A stretch of 55,759 nt of DNA, filler included, from Catajapyx aquilonaris (taxonomy: Eukaryota), in NCBI GenBank assembly GCA_000934665.2. It is 4 parts of 4 records of this genome, joined end to end, with 100 filler letters (N's around TTAATTAATTAA, not from the genome) between each part and the next. Parts side by side here need not be neighbours in the genome. Positions count along the whole stretch, not along the records: positions 41,833 to 55,759 come from JYFJ02007978.1; 3 more parts are not named here. One strand, given 5' to 3'. Positions 48,701 to 55,759 of this stretch are shown piece after piece. The translations under genes and the position numbers were made by a program. Each line of letters opens with the position of its first letter. Positions within the stretch are counted from its first letter, which is position 1. The notes under the pieces were generated by a model, which ran no database searches, had not been told where the DNA came from, and worked only from the letters and a program-made list of their open reading frames with translations.

Positions 48701-50615
48701 ATCACTGAGAAGTGTCAACTCAAAGGTTGCCAGATGAACTAATTAACAGTGTGGCGGGAATTTTCAAATTTGAAGGACATTGGCTTGCACAAGGTGAATG
48801 TGGAAAATACAATTGTTTCTGTCTCGAGTGAGTCTCATCAAGTTCAAAGTTTCACCAAGAACGTGAAGAATCTCAGATTTAGCAGAGGTAGGCCAGAATG
48901 ATATCATCTTCGGACCAGTCAAGCTAGTCGCACTAGCATGAGATTCAAGTGCAGGTTTGCTCGTCATTAACTTTGGTGACATTTTAATAACAATGGTTGT
49001 ATGAAAGCGTATTGAGCAAATTTCAGGTGATGTATTGGTGAATTTGTGCATAATTTAAGCTTGCTTTCATACACTGGTCCTTCAGGCATCTGACATAGTG
49101 CAACATTGTTTAACAATACTGTTACATCAGTAATCCCTTCCGCTGCAAGAGATGCCAGTAGGAGGTTTAAAAAAACCAGTGTCAAGTGCCAATTCACCAA
49201 TAAAACTTGAGGCATTACGAAATACGGGTATCGTATGCACGAATGCATATGCTTTGTGGTGTCTATATGTCATAATTGGTCGTCAAGTAATAGCTGCTGT
49301 AGGCTGACGATAGGGAGAAAATGCTTTTGGAAGGAAGGAAGAACCCAATCTTGTCTTGAAGTGTTGCTTATGAGTCAAATCCAGGACCTCCTCCATCCCA
49401 ATAAAAATTCAACAACAATGCATTATGAATCAAGTTAGAAAATGAAAAGGTTTTGAATGTGCCCTAGGTCTATCCCAGGGTATTATTTTTTGGGTGCAAT
49501 ATCCCACAATGTATTTTTGATTCAAGTGTGTTACACAGATAAAGCGACAGCTGCCTATCACGAGCGTCTGCCGCAGATATTACAACCAAGGGGTGTGGTT
49601 CAGGAAGTCTATATTGGGGACAATTATACACAGCCACCCTGTTCTGCAGAATGGAAGATACTGGCAACCAGGGCAACAGACAACAGCCCCGTTGCCAGGC
49701 CGCTACACACGCTTGCATCTCTTTATGGCATTTCCCTAAGACACTCTTTCAAAAATATACCTTCATTATTTTCGGCCATGGCCTTGTTCTTGATGCAAAC
49801 GCACACATAAGCTGCGAATTACTAAGCTATTTTTACTTTTATGTCACTTTTAAAGGCCAAGAGCTATTGCACACCTAGCATATGGTAATGTATGAGCATG
49901 TTTTCAGGCTTTTATATGCACCAGGCAGTGAAAAAAAAGTCTGTGGTTTGCTTTACAGGGGTGGACCGGAACCAGACCTTCAGTATCAACAAGGTGTGCC
50001 TGTACTTCAGGCTCATCATCTGCTAATATTGTCCTAGCCACACTTTGCAGGAACAAAGGGTATGAGGCACTCTCTGACGTGACATCTGCATTGGAAACAA
50101 GAGGCAATCACAAAACAAGTGATGGAAGTAGTGTTTATTTGATGAACTGTCAACCAGTTTTAATACAAACAGCGTAACACTAGAAAACAAGGGTAACTGC
50201 AAAACTATTGGTAATACACTGTGTAAACGAAAAAGGCATCTAATCAAAGGCCTGTCAAACCCCTCCCCAACAACAACAAGATGATTGTATGCCACCCTAC
50301 AGTACTTTACACCTGCATATTCATCTCGTACTAATCCCAAAACCAAACATGAACACTCCTCTGCATTATAAGTAGTTGGGGTGTTTACCTTAAAAAAAAT
50401 CTGCATTATACACTTTTATTCTGCAGATACACTCTTTTACGCTGCAGATGCATACTTTGGGACAAGGAGGGCTGAGAAGATAAGTGGTGTGTGTATGTAC
50501 ATCTAGAAATAAATACCTGTGTTAGTAACCCTATCTGTGTTACAATATCTCCTAATCATTTGACAGCACTTTCTTCAGCCCCAATATCATTTCATATGTT
50601 AGCATTCCTTTCATT

Positions 50616-53271
50616 TCAGAATTCCCGGTAGTAGTTCAGGTAAGATTTGAGCGACCAAGGCAAAGGCAGAGCTGAAATCTTGGCCCTCATGTGAGCCGTG
50701 TATTTTGAGATTGGAGGCTCTCTGTGCGGTGGGTTGGGTGGGGGGTGGCAGGAGTGTGACAGGAGGTGTTGGGACCTGGTACGAGGACGAGTAGAACGAG
50801 CTTCATGGCAGTAGAAGGGTGGGTGGGTGCGGAGACTGAGTCCACTTGAGTCTTGCTCGTCGTCATCCTCTGTCTCGACATCATCATCATCGCTGATTTC
50901 TACACACTCTTCTTCGTCAGCCTTCTCTTGTGAAGCCCGGAATTTCCGACCCTTGGGTTGACTCTGAGGTGAGTCATTCCCATCTCTACCCTCTGCCTTG
51001 TCATCCTCAAAGTCTGAGTCTTCATCAACTTGATCCCCTTCAGATAATGAACGCTTATTCCCCTTCTGTAACAGTAACATTGTTTAAGTCTTAGGAATAT
51101 CATATGCATGTGACATTGTGAATGACCTGTGCAATGTATGGTAAGGAATTAGCAGACATATTGTATCTTGCGCACGATTTGAAGAAGGGCCAGTTAAATC
51201 CACAATATGTGAAGAAACTACATTGAATATGTGATAGAGCTGTACCTCTCTCTTTTAACTCTAGCGATTACTTACTACAGTATTATTGTATTAGCAAGCT
51301 CCCATATTTACTGACAGCTACTGATACTTCTAGCATGAGCCAATACCTACCCTACCTTTTCAACCCTTACTTAGAGTCAAATTCGACCTAGAGTAAACAC
51401 TGGTCAAGGAGCAGAGTCGTCTTCTGGGTTAAGAACATTTGAAAGTGGCAGGCAGAGTCGAGTTGGAAAAAGTGCTGTGAGGCTACTGAAGGAGGTTGAG
51501 GCTAAGGTATGGCACTACCTACATAGTAAAGATTAGTCAGGGACAGGGACACTGTACAAAGCTGCACTATGATATTCCCCAAAAAAGTGAGATTCAGTTC
51601 TGGGTTCAGAGTTGAGTAACCCTGTCCTTGTTTTTCATTATGTATGCGATGAAACTTGACTATGGATTGAACCCTGACTTGCTCTTGACCTGGGGTTACT
51701 CAACCTCATGATATGAGCAGTCATTATGTATGCAGGCCTTGGAGTTTTGCAATGATTCCAAATCTACACATAAACAGCTAAGAAGGGTAATGCTCGATTG
51801 AATCGATAAATGTTTACAGGAATGGCATATCACATCAAATGTTTTCAGGTTCATAGCATTGCCTAACTCTTTAAGTTTTTGTTACTCATCACTGCTATTT
51901 TCGCAATATAAAGAATGCAAGCTGTGTACCACTGCAATTTTTAATGAATACTCCATACTTCAATGTTTGCAAACAATCGGAAATACTGTCAACTGGATGT
52001 CACTTGCTTACTGTCAATGCACATTACTCAACTCAGACCCTGGCACTAGATCTTGCTTTTCCCAGGACGAAACAGAATCTTACAACCCCATGTAGTGACC
52101 CTGCCTGTCATACCCATTAACACCCAGTCTTGACCTCCACTGGAAATTCCAAAACATTTTACAACTTGATTATGTACACCATTTTTGAATGCTCTTAACC
52201 CTGGCTAGAAAGTGATCTCTGCTCCCTGACATGAACCAGCAGCTGGCTGTTTGGCATCTAAAGGAGGAACACATTCTGAATGGCACAATCTTCCAGGTCA
52301 TAAATTGTTGTGTGCACAAAGCCAAAAGCATCATCTGTGGTTTGTACAGGAATGATTAAGCAATATATCAAATCTCTGCCGTCAGATGTAAGAAGACCGT
52401 AACTCAAAAACTTGTAAGGGTGAAAGTCGCATGCATGCCCTACACTAATCCCCCCTGACTCAGAAGGCATGCATGCATGCCACTTTCACCCTTACAAGTT
52501 TTTGAGTTATGGTCTTTTTACATCTGACGGCAAATCTGTGGACAACTTGGAACAAGGAGTAAAATGCCAACAAAGTCATCTAACCAATCACATCAAACTC
52601 TAGGGGAGAAGCTGATGAATGGCTGGCTTCACACTGATGTCACCTACATCCTTATGGTATTTCACCTACTTGTGGAATCCATGGCAAAGAGAATTGTTGT
52701 TGTGATTAGGTCAAGGCAAGGGATAACACAGCATTAGGTACACTACACTAGTGCAGTCTTATTTGCATGGCATGTTACACCTTGTTCCAAGGAGTCTCAA
52801 CGAATTTTTGAAAGGATTGAAATCTATGAACTTTGCTGACCAGCCAAAGTGTGAGAGGCTCTCTGAATGCTCACTGTACCAAACACAGGCTATTTTAGCC
52901 CTGTGCACTCTGAAACTGTCTTTCTAGAAGATTGGGTGTCCAGAATGTCCTCCTTCTTCAGATGCTGAATAAAAGGGTTCCACTTGGTTGTCCAGAATCT
53001 GAACACAGCCTGCTTCATCTTGTGCCACAAAAAAAAATAAAAAATCAATGATAATGCCACATACCTGTCCATTGCTTCTGGCACCATTATTGTTGTCAGC
53101 AGTGTTGTTTTGTGCTTCTGAGGGTTCATCTACTGCAGGTGCAGATGAATTGGCAGCCACATCCACATCCATAGCTTCCTCTTCATCTCCCAGGCCACTG
53201 TCAATGTTACGCCTGCGTGGGAACCAATCTGGGAGGGGTCCATTTCCACTCTGTGGCTGCTGTCTTGCATT
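50616..53271 (-). CDS. PCMTD1: 3' exons of a PCMTD1/2-like protein (L-isoaspartyl methyltransferase-domain, SOCS-box protein)
   Basis: The terminal exon 51065-50616 ends SKYTAHMRAKISALPLPWSLKSYLNYYREF-stop after an acidic tract, matching the PCMTD Cul5-box C-terminus (human PCMTD1 recalled as LREKIMKLPLPESLKAYLTYFRDK). There is a phase-0 upstream exon at 53271-53065. The methyltransferase exons lie outside the window. Confidence 0.7.
52378..52532. repeat. Short palindromic MITE-like element in an intron
   Basis: tgccgtcagatgtaa...gcatgcatgc and its reverse complement, ~60-bp arms. Confidence 0.7.
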
Positions 53272-54618
53272 CTGCAAGAAGTTCAGAAGTCAGATGCATA
53301 TCTGCAATGTTCAGCTCCAATCCTTACGACATATGCAGCAGATGGTGTTGAATTATTGCATGCCATTTTAAGAGATATCACAAGATATGACAAGCACTGC
53401 GTGATGATAATTTCATTGGAGGTTTAGCAAACAACATGCAACTTTAAAATTTGGGCATCACATAATTTGCCACAAAAATTGAAACATACTTTTTTTCACT
53501 TTTCGGTAGCTTAGTATGTCAATCTGTAGTTGAAAATGAAGTTAGTGTCTAAATCTTGCGCATACACACTGAGTATTATAACCTGTAGTTTTCCTTATTG
53601 GGTATACATACAACTTTAGGGGTAAGTTACGTACACCTACTTGACACTCACAACTGTACCACATGTATTGCAATTAAGCCTGGGCTAGAATGCCTGTGTC
53701 TTTAATATCTATGAGCAATGCATTTGTGTAGAGAGAAAGGTATCGCATACGATACATGAGGTCCCAACAACTACTTTCTAACCACTACCTGGTAAAAAAA
53801 AACCTTCAGAACTTGCAAATCACCAGTGACACCAGGAGTCTGAGGAGGTTATACTGGGCACATCTATTTTCCTTGAAGTAAGGCTGACAAAGTGAAAGTC
53901 AACTTTAAAATGTTGGGCCTGCCCCAAAGTGGGCACTAACAAGTACATCAGAAAATCTTGACCATTAGGATCTAGTTGTTTACAATTTATTTATGTTTTT
54001 ATCATGGCCTCAATCAAGGACTACATATGAACTCCAGTCATAATAATTCAAACCATAGCTTCAGGGCAAAGTCCAAGCATTTGTTTTAGAAGATATTTTG
54101 CCAATGCAGAGTGGGCATTTTAAAAATATAAATTATCATATGCACTGAGTCGCCCGAGCAAAGGACATGAGTCCATGGATTGTGTCATGTCTCCCACTTG
54201 TTAAATGGAGGTCAAGGTGACTCCTTACATTAATATATAAAAATGTCAGTTTCTTTTCAACTGCTTGGCTAATCAGCAATCCATGGAATGTCCTACTTAG
54301 CCAGAAAAAAGTGCTACTGTATATACTAAAAAAGATTGAGATGGCCTGTGTTGGAAACCCCTATGAGTTCACTGCACCATTGGTGATCACCCTATTTCAA
54401 TGATTATGTGCAGCAGATACCAGTGTACCACCTGCTACTGCATACTCATGTTGGAATATTAACAGCACTAGAATTCCATGGTAATCATTGGAACTCCTGC
54501 CACAGTTCTTTTTGAGCAATGCAGTCCAGAAACATCACATATGATTAAACAAGGCATATTTTTTGAGCCCATGATTATGACTGCATGACCAAAGGCTGAG
54601 AAGCATTAACACCAAATA

Positions 54619-55487
54619 CAAGGTGGTCGAAAAAAAATGCTCTGATTTTAAAAACCCCTATAACTCGAAAACTTCTAGACATATCTTAATAATTTAAGGT
54701 GTATTTACATCTGAGCGATTTGATCGTGTGATGTCATCACCGAGCGATGAATCTAAGGGTTTGAAGCGAAAGTAACAATCACTGTAACAATCGTAACTCG
54801 GGTTACTCAGTGATGCTATGGCTCGGTGATGACATCACACGATCAAAGCGCTCACATGTAAATGCACCTTTATGTTTTTAATGCTAAGAAAGGTCTAAAC
54901 TCTAAAGTTTTGTTCTTCTTACCACAGCTTGTTTTAATATGAGCTCCACTTGACTCTCGGAAACTGTAAATGGGGTAATCGGTGACATGCCTAACCAGCT
55001 CAGACATGTCTGGCGTTACCATTGCAATCTTATCCCGTAGGTGTTGGAGATGCCGGAACTTTTAACCATATTATGTATCTCCACAAGTAAACGTCAATCG
55101 GGGTAAGATCTGGGCTTCTGGGGGGCTAGGAATCGGGAACCTTCTCATTCCAGACTTCCCACACTGGAAGGCTGAACAAATGAAACTTTTCTACAGTAGA
55201 TTTGTTTCATGAATGAGACGACTTTTTCATTTGAACCATCAAGTGTGGTGTAAAGATCCAGGATATCCAGCACCTACGGGATCACAATTGTAGCTCCAGA
55301 TATGATTGAGAGAGTTTGGCACGACACCAAATAGTCTTTTTATCTGCCAAGTTACATATGAAGCTCATATCGAAACAACCTAAGGTGACACAAAAACTTT
55401 CAAAATTTCTTAGCACAGTAAAACTTAAATCATTAAGATATGTCTACAAGTTTGGGAGTTATAAGGTTTTAAAATTCGAGCACCCTG
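54619..55487 (-). mobile_element. Internally deleted Tc1/mariner transposon
   Basis: TA-caaggtg...ttttaaaaacccctataactc / gagttataaggttttaaaa...caccctg-TA termini. Minus-strand remnant PPRSPDLTPIDVYLW (compare WPPRSPDLTPLDFFLW) at ~55080-55125. Confidence 0.75.
54697..54869. mobile_element. PIF/Harbinger-type MITE nested in the mariner element
   Basis: ~55-bp TIRs aggtgtatttacat...caccgagc / gctcggtg...atgtaaatgcacct with TTA TSD. Confidence 0.75.
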
Positions 55488-55759
55488 TATTGTACACAGT
55501 GAAATTACGTTTAACTATGATGCAACAAAGTATATAATTAATTAAATGAACTAACATGTTGACTTTCATGTAGCCAGGGCACATGATAATTCTAAGTTAC
55601 GGTGAGCCAGATCTACAAAATTTCACAGGGGGGCAAGAAACCTTTCCTGCCGCCCCCTACCCCCGCATTTTGAACGATTGGTTTCATTTTTCTGCCATGG
55701 ATCTTCTGCACTTCAGGCAGTGGCACAGGCATAATTTTCTTTTGAGGGGGGGGGGGGGG

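Noticed and set aside
5391..53271. A novel functional gene cluster linking FGF8, CYP4, SPATA5, the proteinase, the psq factor and PCMTD
   Set aside because: The genes lie on four artificially joined pieces and two of them are pseudogenes.

Overview
Eukaryotic DNA, almost certainly arthropod, judged from the spliced genes with 50-60 nt introns, tRNA-derived SINEs, a pipsqueak-domain gene, a 26/29-kDa proteinase and a CYP4. The window is not one locus: four ~13.8-13.9 kb pieces are joined by identical 100-nt artificial spacers (N44-TTAATTAATTAA-N44), so adjacency across spacers means nothing. Piece 1 (1-13818) has an unidentified, error-riddled multi-exon coding fragment and a complete 5-exon FGF8/17/18-type gene on the minus strand (260 aa) with a vertebrate-like exon layout. 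Piece 2 (13919-27812) has an intact SPATA5/AFG2 AAA ATPase (775 aa) preceded by a ~1 kb palindrome. It is flanked by two TE-disrupted pseudogenes (CYP4 with an in-frame SINE; 26/29-kDa cathepsin-L-like proteinase with a hAT MITE), and the piece also holds a SINE-in-SINE. Piece 3 (27913-41732) has the last exon of a BtbVII-like pipsqueak-HTH gene with a probable long 3'UTR, a decayed hAT-Charlie transposon and a dense nest of palindromic MITEs. Piece 4 (41833-55759) has a TIR element built from ~150-bp tandem/inverted units, a probable regulatory stretch, the 3' exons of a PCMTD1/2-like gene and a decayed Tc1/mariner. I found no convincing wholly new multi-gene system. The best leads are the FGF8 gene architecture, the stop-free in-frame SINE insertion, the satellite-bearing foldback element, the 4-bp-TSD TIR element and the unidentified gene at 1-2099.
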